From the NCBI GenBank assembly GCA_017654855.1, contig CM030334.1, positions 2,046,001 through 2,110,000 of the forward strand: 64,000 nt of DNA, given 5' to 3'. The stretch's first letter is position 1. Each line of letters begins with the position of its first letter. Position numbers and translations under genes: made by a program. This document shows, in pieces, positions 1 to 13,674 of this stretch. Source of the DNA: Podospora anserina. Taxonomy: Eukaryota. The notes under the pieces were generated by a model that saw only the letters and a list, made by a program, of their open reading frames with translations, did no database searches and was not told the origin of the DNA.

Positions 1-618
1 ATGAGTGGACACATTAGTTTTGCGTTTTGTGAGTGTTGGTTAAGATTGTTGAGAAAGAACTGCTGGAGAGTAGCAGATGAGTAGACAAATCCATCATTTA
101 CGACATTTTCATGTAAATGGCCACAACAACCAAGTCACACAGAGTGCCTGCATGGTTCCGTATGACAAAAATCATCGTGATCTGATGTTGGTGTTGAGAT
201 GGGATTATTGCCCGCTGGCCAATCAGAGCAGCGGAACCAGATGCTTGCACCCCTGCAGATTCTAGTTGCCGTGGCTGTTGTTGGTGATCAATATTAGGGG
301 AGGTTTCGCTGACATCATTGGTCGAGACAGGCGTCTGGTAGCGAGATGCAACTGCCTTTGGGAGCTGCCAAAGAGGGGAACTTGAGTTTAATAGATGGTT
401 GCTGTGCCTCTTCTTTTCCGATCCTCCCTCTGATCTTTTTTTTTTTGCTTGATTTAAAGAGGTGCGAAGTGTGGCACAGTAGGAGAGTTACATTGCGGGG
501 AGCTGTCAGCAAAGAAACACCACACCACCGCCCGTGATATCTTCACCTCACCTTGAGTTCTCACCATTCGACAACACTTTATACGAAACAAACCAGGAAG
601 GAATACAAACCCATCAAA

Positions 619-1560
619 ATGGCCACCTCAACATTGGGTCTCATACCAAACTGGTACCCCCCCACCCGCGAAAACTACGACCTCATCCTCTCCTTGTGGA
701 AGTGGTTCCCTGCCGTACGTTTCCCCCCTCCCTCCCCTCTCCAATCTGCCCCCAACTAACACTTCCAGTTCGCCTCCCTCCAATGGGCAACAACCTGGTA
801 CGGCATGGGCAAAACCTCCCTCCCCTCCCCGCTCAACCTGCCCGGCCGTCTAGCCTGGCTAACAATGGAATCCCCCGGCTTCCTCACCCTCCTCTACACC
901 TTCTTTCGTCTCCCCCCGCAACTTTCCGTCACCGACCTCCCCTGGCAAAACTCCGTCCTCGCCGGCCTCTTCGTAATCCACTACTCCTACCGCGCCATCC
1001 TCTTCCCCCTCCTCCAACCATCCATGGCACCAATGCACCTCTCCATCTGGGCCTCGGCCTTCTCCTTCCAAGTCATCAACGGGCTCATGCTCGGGTCCTG
1101 GCTAGGCGGGTACGGACCAACCTCCCAAGAAGACTGGGATAACCTCTTGCCGTTTGGAACACTGCAGTTCAGCGTTGGCATCGCGATTTTTTACGTGGGG
1201 CTGGCGGCGAATTACTATCATGATGATGAGCTGAGGGAGATAAGGAGGAGGGAGAACCATCGCCAGGATAGGCTGGTTAAAGAAGGCAGGGTGAAGAGGG
1301 GGGATGTGAGCAGGCATTATGAGGTTCCCAAGGCGGGCTTGTTCAAGTACATGTTGTATCCGCATTACTTTGTCGAGTGGGTCGAGTGGTTTGGGTATTG
1401 GACTGCGGCGGGGTACGGGTGTGTGCCGGCGAGGTGCTTCTTGTTCAATGAGGTTGCGTCGATGTTGCCCAGAGCGGTGAGGGGGAAGGCCTGGTATGTT
1501 GAAAAATTCGGGGAGGAGAAGGTGGGGAAGAAGTGGGCGGTTATTCCGGGGGTTTGGTAG
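619..1560 (+). CDS. 3-oxo-5-alpha-steroid 4-dehydrogenase (steroid 5-alpha-reductase family membrane protein)
   Basis: join(619..714,769..1560) with GTACGT donor, CTAAC branch and CAG acceptor. Motifs AWLTMESPGF, HYSYRA, YHDDELREIR and YEVPKAGLFKYMLYPHYFVEWVEWFG are typical of the Steroid_dh family. Confidence 0.9.
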
Positions 1561-1842
1561 GATCAGGAAGGGAAAGGGGGAGAGGAGGTAAGATAGGGCG
1601 TGAGGGAGGGGGTAGTGGCCAGAGAAAGGAGGATAATGGTTTGGTCGACGAGCTGGAGCTGAGCTTGGTCCAGAGAATAAGCACACGATGACTTTCACGA
1701 GATATGCCATGACATATATTGCCAGGTCAGTGACAACGACGACGTGAATAACCATATCTTGTCACCTATCAGAGTGCCTCCCCGACCATCAAGCAAATAT
1801 ATCCTGCTAGCAATGCTCCAAAACACCCCTTTTTAGACTCCT

Positions 1843-3024
1843 TTAAATACCCGTAGCCTCCCGATAGAAACTCAAACTCCGACTAGCACCCGCCGCGCAA
1901 AACCTCTCTCCTTTACCCATCCCAGGCCCAAGCGCACGTTCGGTCGGTGGCAACCAGCGTACACACCACAAAGCCTTGTCCGTCTCGCTGTGCGTAGCCA
2001 CACAAGCGCCCCTTGCGACATCCCAGACCTTGACCTTGCCATCCAGCTGCCCACTGAGGAGGTAGTCTCCCGTATCGTTCCAGTCGAGTGATGTGATCCA
2101 CGACGGCCTGTTGCCCGGCGCGCTCAAGTTCGCGACGTGCTCTCCATGCTCCATGTCATAGAGAGCGATGATACCGGCGTTGCCGGCAGCAGCCAGCCTC
2201 TTGCAGCCGGGTGAGAAGGCTACGGTTCGTACCGGTTTGGCGAGACCTATCCCTCTGTCAGCTTTTGTCCCTCAAAACAAAGTGAAAGATGAACCCACCA
2301 GAAAGCGAATAAACCATCCTCCCCGCATCATTATTAAAGACATACACCCCCCCATTCTCATGCCCCGACGCCGTCAATCTCCCATCCCTACTCAAATCCA
2401 CCGCCATCGCAAAACTGCCCCCTCCCCCGGCAGCTCCTCTCCCACCCCCGGTCTCGTACGTCTGTATCTTCTCCTTCGCTGTCAAGTCCCAGACGTGGAT
2501 TCTCCCATCACTAGTGGTGCACGCCAAAAAGTTCTCGTCAGCGCTCAGCGCAATCGCCCAGACGTCCCCCTTGCCGTTGTCGGAAACGGTTGGGATCTCC
2601 CATTGGAGTTCGTATTCTTTTCTATCGGGGTTCAACCGCCAGATCTTGACATCGCCGCCGAAGCCGACCGAGGCAAAGATGTTGCCTGTTTGGGGGCCGC
2701 GGGCGGTGGTGAGGTGGTGGCAGCCGAGTTTGTGGGCGTTGGGGATGGTTTGGGCGAGGGGGTAGGTTGGGGCGGTGGTGTCGTGGATGCGGAGGGAGGA
2801 GGAGCCTGAGGAGGAGATGAGGCTTGAGGGGGTGGGTGCGAGGGAGAAGATGTCGGCCGGGTGGGCTGCGAGGGGAACTGGTGTTAGCTATCAAGGAAGA
2901 TGGCGGGGCGAATTGCGATTGCTCGCCTACCTTGGTCGACCGTGTGGGCGGTAAGATATTGTTTAGACTGGAGAGTATGTTAGTACGTGATTGACAAACA
3001 AGCACGACACGAGAGACATACCAT
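1843..3024 (-). CDS. SKI8: WD40-repeat protein Ski8/Rec14 (SKI complex; meiotic DSB partner of Spo11)
   Basis: Exons 3024..3022 (ATG only), 2967..2931, 2865..2299 and 2246..1843 give MSKQYLTAHTVDQAHPADIFSLA..., AHKLGCHH, several WD repeats and a C-terminal RSLSFYREATGI. Confidence 0.88.
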
Positions 3025-3529
3025 TGTCACCTATCCATGAAATCATGCGATTTTGAGAAAGGGTTTTGTTCGAGAGATCAAGAATGGGATCCGATGCGAC
3101 TTGCTGGCGGTTGAGCAGCTGCCCTGGGAAGGTTTATGGTGGGGTAGCTGTTCTTGGAGACGTCACTGCGGCAGGCAGTGAGTGGGCTGGAAGGATGCAG
3201 CATATAAATCTAGAAACCCACATTGGACTACTACTAGTGATTTTTGGAGTATTCACTTTGAATATGCTATTTTGGTTTGTTTCATTTTCCAGGGCAGTTG
3301 TCGATAGCCACCCTTATAGGCACAAGAGCCCCTTTAGAATACACGTGCGTGCTGTTGCTCGTCACAGCACTACACTCTGTTAAGTACAGACATATACATG
3401 TACGTCCAGGACATTCTCTCCACGTCCTGTCCACAAGCTTGAAGAGTTGGTATTTCCTACGCCTGACAACTTCAACACTGACCCCTGACCTCAGCCCAAC
3501 AGCACCTCATCCCGTTCTTATTCAGCCAT

Positions 3530-4034
3530 TTATTTGGTCTTAGCCTTGACCTCTTCCTCGGCTTGAGCCTCCTCCTTGGCCTTGGCCTCCTGGTGCAGGA
3601 ACCCCTTGAGTCCTGAAGAAACAGTCAGCTTATATGGAATCGCCCCTGAGCAGAATTTCCTTACTTGATGCGCAGGTAGGGCAGACATAATGCATACGCT
3701 TCATCCCACCACACGCCGGGCAGACGCAAAGCGCCGTTACGTCCTTGATAGCCTTGCCGGCCATTTGTCTGTGTCTCTTCTTCATGTGCGATGTCTTCTT
3801 CTTTGGTACAGCCTTGAGAATACCCTCCCAAATCCCCTCCAAGACTTCTGGTAATGATGGAAGACCGAGCGAGATGCCTACTGGGATGGCGATGTTGAGG
3901 TTGGGAAACAGGGGGAGCGAGAGTTGTCGTACAAGAACCTGGGCCCTTGATGCCGAGAAGACTGTTGGTGGGAGGAGTCTGGGGAGGAAAGAGGCCGAGG
4001 AAGCCATCCTCATCGCTGGTGCCGCCATTGCCAT
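3530..4034 (-). CDS. MRPL32: Mitochondrial ribosomal protein L32 (bL32m) precursor
   Basis: Presequence followed by AVPKKKTSHMKKRHR and a CPACG...HYVCPTC zinc motif. Intron 3664..3613, stop TAA at 3532..3530. Confidence 0.92.
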
Positions 4035-4699
4035 TTTTGCTTGGTGATATTCTTGAATTTCGAACTCGATTGTACCGCCAAAGTAACTCGTCTGAAATCG
4101 ACCAATGCCTTCCTTTCCCTCTCAATATTCCGGTATGTCCTCCTCTCGTGGCTGTACCGTGGCGGTGCGGATGACGCTGTCGGGTCGGTCTCGGTCGTCG
4201 ACCCAAAAAATATTGTCGGCCGGTGCTCTTCGCGATGGATTGTCCCACCACTTCAATCCACTCGAGACATTGAAAAAGAATGGGCCGGGATGGCACGGTC
4301 CCTCTCCTGCTTCTGAGCTGCCACTGCAGCGCTGGAGAATGCGCTAAGACCCTCTAAACCCAATTGAGGTTGTGCCTGGGGCAGCAGCTCCACCAGGCCA
4401 ATCAGGTGCCGGCTATGACCCGTCCCCCTTTCCCCAGCTGGCGAGCGACCCCTTGGACGGAAATTATTGTTTGGCACACGCTGCCGGCAGGAAAGGTCCA
4501 CGGTGCTACCACGAAAATCCCCCAACCATTCGAAACCTCAACCCGACAGCAACTCTCGTCGATACACTCCATCTTCACCTCTCCATATCCCCCGTGAGCG
4601 CCTCTATTTCCCGGTGCTTTGCCCCTGTCTGCTTTTTGGAATAGCTCCATAGCGTGTCTCCCGTCTCCAGTCTTCAGCCAGTTATAACCTACCGCCACA

Positions 4700-5850
4700 A
4701 TGGCCGCCATGCCTGCTGCCACCATCTACCCCCAGAGCCACGTCGGTTTCGACAGCATCACGTCCCAGATCGAGCGCAAGTTGCTCAAGCGTGGCTTCCA
4801 GTTCAACGTCATCTGCGTCGGTCAGTCTGCTTCTCCCAACTAACACTTTCCATTCTCCACTCCTCCCGTTCGCGAGCTGGGATTGACGTGTCTCGTGCAA
4901 TGCAGGCCAGACGGGTCTCGGCAAGTCGACCTTGATCAACACCATCTTCGCCTCGCACCTCATCGAGTCCAAGGGCAGGTTGCTCCCTGACGAGACCATT
5001 CGCTCCACCACCGAGATCCAGTCCGTTTCGCACATCATCGAGGAGAACGGCGTCCGCCTCAGACTCAACATTGTCGATACCCCCGGCTATGGCGACCTCA
5101 TCAACAACGACAGGTGCTGGGACCCTATCGTCAAGTACATCAAGGACCAGCACTCGGCCTACCTCCGCAAGGAACTCACTGCCCAGCGTGAGCGCTACAT
5201 TCAGGACACGCGCATCCACTGCTGCTTGTTCTTCATCCAGCCATCGGGTCACTCCCTTAAGCCCATCGATATTGTCGTGCTCAAGAAGCTCTCTGATGTT
5301 GTCAACGTCGTTCCCGTCATCGCCAAGTCCGATTCCCTGACTTTGGAGGAGCGCATGGCTTTCAAGGAGCGCATCAAGGAGGAGTTTGCTTTCCACAACC
5401 TCAAGATGTACCCCTATGACAACGAGGAATTTGACGACGAGGAGCGTGCTGTCAACAGCCAGATTAAGGTGCGTTAATAATTTTGGGTCACTATTAGGTC
5501 TTGGCTAACATGATTTTCAGAGCTTGATTCCTTTCGCCGTCGTCGGTTCCGAGAAGTCAATCATCGTCAACAACAAGCAAGTCCGCGGCCGCCAGAACCG
5601 GTGGGGAGTGATCAACGTTGAGGACGAGACCCACTGCGAGTTTGTCTACCTCCGAAATTTCCTCCTCCGTACCCACCTCCAGGACCTCATCGAGACGACA
5701 TCTCAAATTCACTACGAGACCTTCCGCGCCAAGCAGCTCTTGGCCCTCAAGGACCCCAGCGCCCAGGGCCACGGCAGCAGACCCATCAGCCCGGCTGCTG
5801 ACCGCGAGATGAGCCGCAGCTCGCAAAGAATGACCATGAACGGCTACTAA
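4700..5850 (+). CDS. CDC10: Septin, Cdc10/AspD group
   Basis: Motifs SHVGFDSITSQIERKLLKRGFQFNVICVGQTGLGKST, DTPGYGD, AKSD and GRQNRWG, with no C-terminal coiled coil. Introns 4821..4905 and 5469..5520. Confidence 0.95.
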
Positions 5851-6611
5851 GACAACCGAGCCTCTGATCACGCATACACACACACACACACTTACACTTA
5901 TAGTAGTGTTTATTCGTCGCCTACAACATATGACCATGACAGACCTTTTGATATCCCGGCAGAAGCAGTGCAGTGCCACCAGAAACGCAGAAAAAGCTCT
6001 TACAACATCGAAACGAGAACGGGGGGACGGAGCAGCGAGGGTTGTGGGGAGGGAAAATAGCGAGGCGCATATGTGATTGCGGTTTGGCCGTCTGGTGTTT
6101 TATGTCGTCTTGTTGGCAGTTATTCCGGTGGACTGGACTCTTCTTATTATCCTATTTTCTTTTTATTATCCGAAGCTCTTTCGCATCTTTGCAACTTTTT
6201 TTTTCCTTTTCTTCTTTAATTACCCCGGGCCCTCCACAAATTAATAGAGAGCTAGTTTCGATACCTGACGGAGAATACAGATGAGATGTTATGAATGTGT
6301 ATTTGAAACCGGACTGTCTTGAGTTGATGATCGGTGTCCGTTGTCTGTTTGAACTGGCCATCAAGAGTCCGGCTGTTGGTGGGTTGGTTGTAGCTGGGTT
6401 AGGGTTTATAGCTCCAACCGCCACTGACGCGTTTAGACGCGACCAATTACTGCGGACCAAGAACTTAAAAATCGACACCTCACTTCTGAGAATGTAGCTT
6501 GCCATCAACTAGTTTTCAATCATTAATGAAGTCTGGAGTTTTTGTTCCTTTTTGTTGATACCCTCCAACGCGTCTCTTTTTTTCTTTTTTCTTGTCTCAC
6601 TCCTTCCAACA

Positions 6612-7976
6612 ATGCCACCACCCAAAAAGGTTGACAAAGGGATCGTTTCCCTCGACCGGGAAACTCCCATTCAGGAGGAGGTCAAACCGCTGATAGAAGA
6701 CATCCTGAGGACAAAGTACTGCGTTCAGGGGTCGGTGTTTCTTGTGGAGGGGATCGACACGGTGAGGGTGGTTGGTGGGGCGGGGAAGATGGTGAGGTTG
6801 CTGTTGGGGGATGGGAAGCTGGTGATTCAGGGGTTTGTGAAGGGGGTTATGCACTGGGTTGTGGAGGGGGGGAAGGTTTTTGAGGGGGGGTATGTCAGGT
6901 TGGATAAGTTTGAGGTGGTTGAGATCGAGGGGGAGAGGGTGTTGGTGATTGGGGATTTGAGGATTGTGGGGTGGGATGAGGGGTATTTGGGGGTTTTGAG
7001 GGGGGAGGGCAGGGAGGTTAAGGATGTCGGGGGGCTGAGGGAGGGGGCAACGGGGGGGGAAAGGTTGTTTGGGTTGGAGAGGAGGGTTAGGGAGATGGAG
7101 GTTAGGAGGGAGAGGGAGAGGGAGAGGGAGGAGGAGGAGAGGAGGAGGGAGGAGGGGAGCAGAAAGGAGCTGGAGGCTGAGGTAGTTGAGCGGGAAAAGC
7201 AGGCTGTTGAGCGGGAGTGGGAAGAAGAGGCGAAGAAGGAGGAGGAAGATGAGGGTTGCATCTCTGAGTCGGACTATGATGATGATGGTTTTGAACAGAT
7301 GGTGATATCGACCGAGAGGGCTACCCAGAGGAGGGTCATGGCTACCGCATACGCCGGCACAAGCGTTAATAACACCACGACACCACAGCGACCACCGGTG
7401 TTCAAGCAGCAATCGATTCAACATCCACAAGTCCTGTTGCCTCCTCCCTCTCGCCAGATATTAACTCCTAGAACACCTCAGCCTCGGCCGCCTATCAAAC
7501 CCCAGGAAAACACCACACCGAAACCGCTTCCCTGGCTTGCCAGCGATCCGACTCAACCCCTAAAGCTCACACCCCTCAGCCAAATCCCATATTTACCCTA
7601 CAAACAAAACTGGATGGTCAACGTTCTCGTTGTTGTCATCCAACTCGGAGAAACAGAATCGTGTCCGTATCCTCCCTTTGTTCAAAGGCAGGCTAGGGTC
7701 ATTGATCAGAGTACACCACATAGTCACATCCACTTGACAGTATTCTTGGAGCCAGCCGAGTTTGAGCCGAAGCTAGGCGAGGTCTACCTTTTGCTGGGTG
7801 TCAAGAATCACAAGTTTGATGGGGGTAGCTTGAAGAAGTATGCGAGTGACAAGCCCAAGGGGGGTGGGAGGTGGTGGGTGGAGGGACGAGGGTTGGGGTG
7901 GTGTAAGGGGATGGTGAAGGAGTTGGAGATCTGGTGGGCTCAGCAACAGGGGGGTGTTGTTGGGGAGGAGGGTTGA
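6612..7976 (+). CDS. Uncharacterised protein with two predicted OB-fold-like domains flanking a charged helix and a Pro-rich linker
   Basis: Single long ORF from ATG 6612. N-terminal RLLLGDGKLVIQG...GGYVRLDKF resembles the RPA70N-type OB fold. C-terminal VNVLVVVIQLG...RVIDQS...HLTVF...GEVYLLLGVK resembles an ssDNA-binding OB fold. Confidence 0.7.
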   Translation: MPPPKKVDKGIVSLDRETPIQEEVKPLIEDILRTKYCVQGSVFLVEGIDTVRVVGGAGKMVRLLLGDGKLVIQGFVKGVMHWVVEGGKVFEGGYVRLDKFEVVEIEGERVLVIGDLRIVGWDEGYLGVLRGEGREVKDVGGLREGATGGERLFGLERRVREMEVRREREREREEEERRREEGSRKELEAEVVEREKQAVEREWEEEAKKEEEDEGCISESDYDDDGFEQMVISTERATQRRVMATAYAGTSVNNTTTPQRPPVFKQQSIQHPQVLLPPPSRQILTPRTPQPRPPIKPQENTTPKPLPWLASDPTQPLKLTPLSQIPYLPYKQNWMVNVLVVVIQLGETESCPYPPFVQRQARVIDQSTPHSHIHLTVFLEPAEFEPKLGEVYLLLGVKNHKFDGGSLKKYASDKPKGGGRWWVEGRGLGWCKGMVKELEIWWAQQQGGVVGEEG

Positions 7977-8580
7977 AGATGCCCGGGAAATGGAGTTCAG
8001 TTGCGAATCATCCATTCTCCAGCAAGGAAAGTTCGGCGGTTCCAACCATTTCCACAATGGGTCTTAAGGCAGCGACATCCACTCTCTAAGGACTCCCAAT
8101 TCAATAAGATCAAAGGTGTTCTTCATCCACATCAATCATCAAATCCTCAAAAGAACGGAAGAACAGCTTGGAATCGTGAGGGCTCACGTGACCACGCCCC
8201 AGTTTCGCGAACAAGGAGTGGTGCGCCGAGCGACAAATGACTGGCTGGGAAGGCGCCTTCCCCAGCCCCTCCTCCACAGAGCCTCCCGTCTCCTGCCTCA
8301 AGAGCTGCAAAGCAGCCAATTCAACACAAAGGACGAAAACGCACAAAATTACTCCGACTTTTCGCTCAAGACCACAGTCACTGGTATTTTGCGATTTTGC
8401 GACCATAGCAATAACCAGAATACATATCTGTTGCGCCTACTATCGCCAAATTCCCCCAAGACATCCCTCCCGCTGACGTCACTCACCGACCTCTTCTCAC
8501 TCACCTTGACCCAACCACACCACACCTATCTTCTCAGCTTTCTCACGACTCTCTCATCACCCCAAATAAAAACAGCAACC

Positions 8581-9170
8581 ATGCCACCCCGCCGCTCCAC
8601 CCGAGCGACAACCAAGGCCGCCAGCCAATCCAAGCTGAACTTCTCCAACAAAATCACCAAACCGCTCCCCTCCCGCCCCAATCAAAAAGACAAGGCTGTC
8701 AAGCTTGAGGAAGCCATCACAAGAACAGCCACCCCCTCCCCTCCCCCCTCCTCCGAGCCAGCTCCTGAACAAGAACTTTCGCCGGCAGAGGTCAAGGCGG
8801 CAAAGGTTTCGCAGGCGGCGATTAATCGTTACTGGAAGAGGATTGAAGACTCGAGGCTGGCGAAGGAAGTTCACAAGAAGCATGGGACTGGGTTGGGGAC
8901 GGGGGAGAAGCTTTTGAGGTATTTTGACGTTAGCAGTCAGTTTGGGGTAAGTTTTCGGAAATTGTCTAAGGGAAAGGGATGGGTGCTGACGAGGTGATAA
9001 TATAGCCATGTGTGGGGATTACACGACTCGAGAGGTGGCAGAGGGCGGAGAGGCTGGGGCTCAACCCGCCGATTGAGGTGCTGGCGGTGATTGTCAAGGA
9101 GGGGAGGGGGGAGGAGAAGGCGCATTTGGATCAGTTGTTGAGTAGTACTGCGATTGGGGAGAGGGAGTAA
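8581..9170 (+). CDS. DNA polymerase delta subunit 4 (POLD4/Cdm1 family)
   Basis: join(8581..8946,9006..9170) gives LRYFDVSSQFGPCVGITRLERWQRAERLGLNPPIEVLAV, the p12/Cdm1 signature. Confidence 0.9.
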
Positions 9171-9492
9171 ATTCCAGCAGGAGGGGAAGGGGAATATGCG
9201 AAATGACATGGAGTTTTGGAGTTGGGGAACTGCTTTCGGGGGAAGGGGATCACAACAGGGAAACAAGGGCAGGATTTGGAAGGGGGATGTTATCAGGAGA
9301 GGAGAATTTGTGCCAACATAATCGAGTTGCTACACATCCTTGCTGGATATGCACCTTGCTGATTACATGTACTTTTTACATAGCTTGACATCACAGATAC
9401 AGGTCATCGCAAACAAAACGAGCAACATAATTTCGCTCTACTCTATATTCTATCAACACCTGGGGCGCTCTCCTTTGGTCTATGAAAAGTTT

Positions 9493-10682
9493 TTAATACC
9501 AGATACTCCTCGTCCGATGATGCGGCGCCCTCTCCCTCCCCTCGTTCTCCATCTCCTTGATGGTATCATAGAGGAAGAAATCAATCAAAATCGCATTCAC
9601 CCGCGCCCCTGGATTTTCTCTCAATATCTCCCTCCGTATCAACTCCACACACCAGATACTGCACGCCCGGAGCTGGATCTCCCAGTTGCTACCCGAGGGG
9701 ATGTCACGTTTGAGCTGCACGGCGGTTTCGAGGGGTGGGCTGTACTGGATGCAGCCGAGCTGGTTGAGCATCTGCGGGATGCGGTAGTCGGCAAACATGG
9801 TTATCTTGTCAATGTCGTAAAATTTGCCGTAGGGGCCTTGGCCCTCGAAGCAAGCCCAGAGATCGGCGACGAGGATCTGGGCGCGTTTGAGGAGGCGGAT
9901 GGGTTTCTTGCGGGGGAAGGAAGGGGGGGAGTGGGTGTCGTTGAAGCAGGAAAAGTTGGAGGCGAGGGTGTTGACCAGGCGAGCGGCGGAGTTGTTGGAG
10001 GAGGTTACGAGGTGGAGGGGGTGGCAGGAGAATTTCTCGTAGAGGATCTGGCCGGCTTCACGGAGACAGGAGAGACGGGCGGCGAGGAGGGGCATTTCTT
10101 CCGAGGTGGCGGAGCGGAAGACGTGTTTGAGGGTGGAGAGGGTGAGTTCTTCTTCGTTTTGCCAGAAGTGAGGGTCTGTAATGGGGATGCCTTGGGTGGA
10201 TGGTGTTAGTCTCGTGGTGTAGTGGTATATGTGTAAGAGAGAGATGGAAAAGACATACCCTCCTCCAACGCCCTCTGTAAAGCAGCCACCAAACTCCAAT
10301 ACCCTGTCCACCTCCTCCCCTTGTACTCGATGGAAAACCTCTCTTCTTCACCCCTCTCACTCCAAAAACAAAAGTTCAAAAGATCCATGGTGAAGATAAA
10401 GGCCACCACATCCTCTGGCTTGTCACCCTTTGATGGGTGAGGGTGAAGCTCGTGTGCCGCCCAGGTGGCCGGTGAGTAAGACTTTGTTTGCATCTGAGAG
10501 TAGATGGCTCTGGCGGCGTTTTTGCATGACCGCATGTCGAGGGCTACGTCGATGGAGTTGTTGTAGACATATTCGGCTGATTCGAGGACGCCCGTGTCAG
10601 GCTCAGCGGCGACTTGTGGTTTACCGGCGATGTGTTGGCGGAGGAGCTCGAGGAGTTCAAGATCTGGTTCGGAGTCTGACAT
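9493..10682 (-). CDS. Queuosine salvage protein (QNG1/DUF2419 family)
   Basis: Intron 10258..10191. Motifs FTMDLLNFCFWS, GYWSLVAAL, KRAQILVADLWACF, MFADYRIPQML, IDFFLYD and HHRTRSIWY. Confidence 0.92.
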
Positions 10683-11567
10683 TTTTTTCGGGTTTCTATT
10701 TGTCAGTTGGTATTTTTGTGAGTTTGGTCTTTTAGATGAGAAATTATCCTATGAGATTTTGACTCTCCAGATCGCAAAACAAAATAAAAGGGTGCTTGTT
10801 GGGATGTATGATTGGAAGTGAGTGAGTGGCTGATGTGGATTAAGCGGTCAATTGAGGATGAAAATCAGATAAGTGGGACTGTGCAGTCAAGCATAAAGTC
10901 TGGGCGGGCTGAAGGGGCTTTTGATCACGACGAGAACAACTGGAATCATGAAATATTAGGAAAAGAAGAGGTTTGAGAAGTATTTTGATGTGGTATATAA
11001 ACTGGAAAGCTTTTTTTCATGGCGATACCGAGATTTGCCGTGACAGCATGTTTCAATATTTGTTTGGAGGTTGAAGCTCGGATAAGATGAGGCTGATAAT
11101 CTGTAATAGGCGCATCTTGAAGGCTTGTTGCCGTCGAAAGACAAGGCAGAAGAGATATTCCTTTTCAAGTAATAAGCTTGAGGGGTCTGGTTTCAACCGA
11201 AGGCAAAGAAAGCTCCATCGTAGAGTCATCTTCACTTGAGGTTAGTTTTAAAAGAAGCCTGAAATAGAAGTCGAAAAAAGTAGCGAGGTGAAAGAGCGAT
11301 GAGCTCAGTGTAAGAGCAGCACAGGTGCGCCTGGCAGGCAGGGCGGCCAATGGGGGGCGTCTCCAGGAAGCCGAGTGGGGCCCTGCAGTGCGCCATGACC
11401 CACACCAATGATGCCCGTCGCGTTCCCTGCCTTTCAAATCGCAGCAATTCGAAGCTCTCTTCCCGAAAGCACTTCCCAAACACACAAACCCGGCAATAGC
11501 TGTCGCCCACACATTACAACTCTACCGAGTAAGACGCAAGGTTTGGCGGAACCCGCTTTTGCCCACC

Positions 11568-13638
11568 ATGTCGTCAGACCCCGAATTCGACGGCGTGTCA
11601 CCGCTGACCGAAGCTAAGAAGTCGCGGGTGCTCATGGTCGGCGCTGGGGGCATCGGATGCGAATTACTCAAGAACCTCGTCTTGACCGGCTTTGGAGAGA
11701 CGCACATCGTCGACCTCGACACAATCGACCTTAGCAACCTGAATCGACAGTTTCTCTTTCGACAGGAACACATCAAGAAGTCGAAAGCGCTGGTAATTGC
11801 ACCGCAACTGCCCAAGTCGCAACGGTCCGTGAAATCGCAAGGCTGACGTGCATGGTGTTTCTAGGTCGCCACAGAGGCTGCGCAAAAGTTCAACCCGAAC
11901 GTCAAGATCGTCCCATATCATGCGAACATCAAGGACCCTCAGTTCAACATTGAGTGGTTTAGCAGCTTTAGGATAGTTTTCAACGCCCTCGACAACTTGG
12001 AGGCCCGACGACATGTGAACAAGATGTGCTTGGCGGCCGATGTGCCACTGATTGAGAGCGGCACCACCGGGTTCAATGGCCAGGTTCAGGTCATCAAGAA
12101 GGGCGTGACGGCCTGCTATGACTGCACAGCCAAGGAAACACCGAAATCGTTCCCAGTTTGCACGATTCGCAGCACACCGAGCCAGCCGATCCACTGCATC
12201 GTCTGGGGTAAGAGCTACCTCCTAAACGAAATCTTTGGCACAAGCGAGGACGAGTCCGCCTTCGATCACACCACCGATGCTGATAATGCGAAGGAGATTG
12301 AAGAGCTGAAGAGGGAGTCGGAGGCACTGCGGGGTATTCGACAGTCAGTCGGCACACCAGAGTTCAGCGAGGCTCTCTTCCAGAAAGTGTTCAACACCGA
12401 TATTGTCCGGTTGAGGTCGATGGAAGACATGTGGAAGAGCAGGAAGCCACCCGAGCCACTCGACTACAAGGTCCTGATGGAGAAGGCGTCTACCCTTGAC
12501 AAGGAAGCCGTGGTCGAAGACCAACAAAAGGTTTGGACGCTGGAAGAGAATTTGATCGTCTTTAACGACAGTCTCGATCGGCTCAGTAAGCGCGTAATGG
12601 AAAGCAAAGCTGCCGGCCAAGATGCTGTCATCACTTTCGACAAGGACGACGAGGACACCCTCGACTTTGTCGCTGCCAGTGCCAATATTCGATCGACACT
12701 CTTCGGCATCGACCGGAAATCAAAGTTCGACATCAAGCAAATGGCAGGTAATATTATTCCTGCCATCGCCACCACCAATGCCATTGTGGCTGGCCTCTGT
12801 GTTTTGGAGGCGTTCAAAGTCCTCAAGGGCCAGTACAGCCAGGCGAAGGAAATCTTCCTCACTCCTTTTGCTACCCAAAGACTGCTCGGATCCGACAAGT
12901 CGCGAGAGCCAAATCCCGCCTGCCCGGTCTGCAGCTCGTTCCAGATACGGTCGCTGGTAGACTTTTCCAAGGCTACGCTCAATGACTTTGTGGAGGACTT
13001 TGTCAAAGAGGAGCTTGGCTATGGGGAGAAGGAGTTTGCTATCAGCACGGAGGTGGGAATCATCTATGATCCTGATGAAACGGATAATTTGGAGAAGAAG
13101 TTGTCCGAGCTTGGTATGTTTTCCTGTTTCGTTATTCATGAAGGCTTTACAGGGTATTTCTAACAGTATTGTACACAGGCATCAAATCTGACTCCTTCCT
13201 GACCATTACCGACGAGGATGACGAGCTCGTCAATGTGGTTGTCGCCCTTTCAGAATCGTACGTCTCGGTTATTTATTTCCCTCACCAGACCAGTTGACTG
13301 ACATCCCTTACAGGAAAGAGCCCCTCGAGGATAAACCCGTCAAGGGGATTTTCTCCTCTGAGAAGAAGATCGAGATCCCAGCCAAGCCTAAGCAGCCGGC
13401 TACGGAAACCAACGGCGCTGCCAGCGATAGTCCCCCGCTTGTGGTTTCCCTCACGAAACCTACTGACGGTGTCACGCCCGCTAAGCGCTCTCACCCCGAT
13501 AGTGAAGAGGGGATTGCGAAGAAGGTCAAGACGATCGCTGCTGGTGCTGATGAGGAAGGCGATATCGTCATAGTGGACGATGCGCCTTTGGACGCTGGTG
13601 GTAGTAGTAGTGGGGGGGCGATTGTCATTGATGATTAA
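11568..13638 (+). CDS. UBA2: SUMO-activating enzyme E1 subunit 2
   Basis: Motifs [33 protein letters not shown], catalytic [18 protein letters not shown] and [13 protein letters not shown], a CxxC zinc pair, and a C-terminal SIM-like IVIDD. Three introns; exact start codon uncertain. Confidence 0.93.
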
Positions 13639-13674
13639 TTCTTCCGACTCTTTGAAATATCGAGAGAGGTGAGT

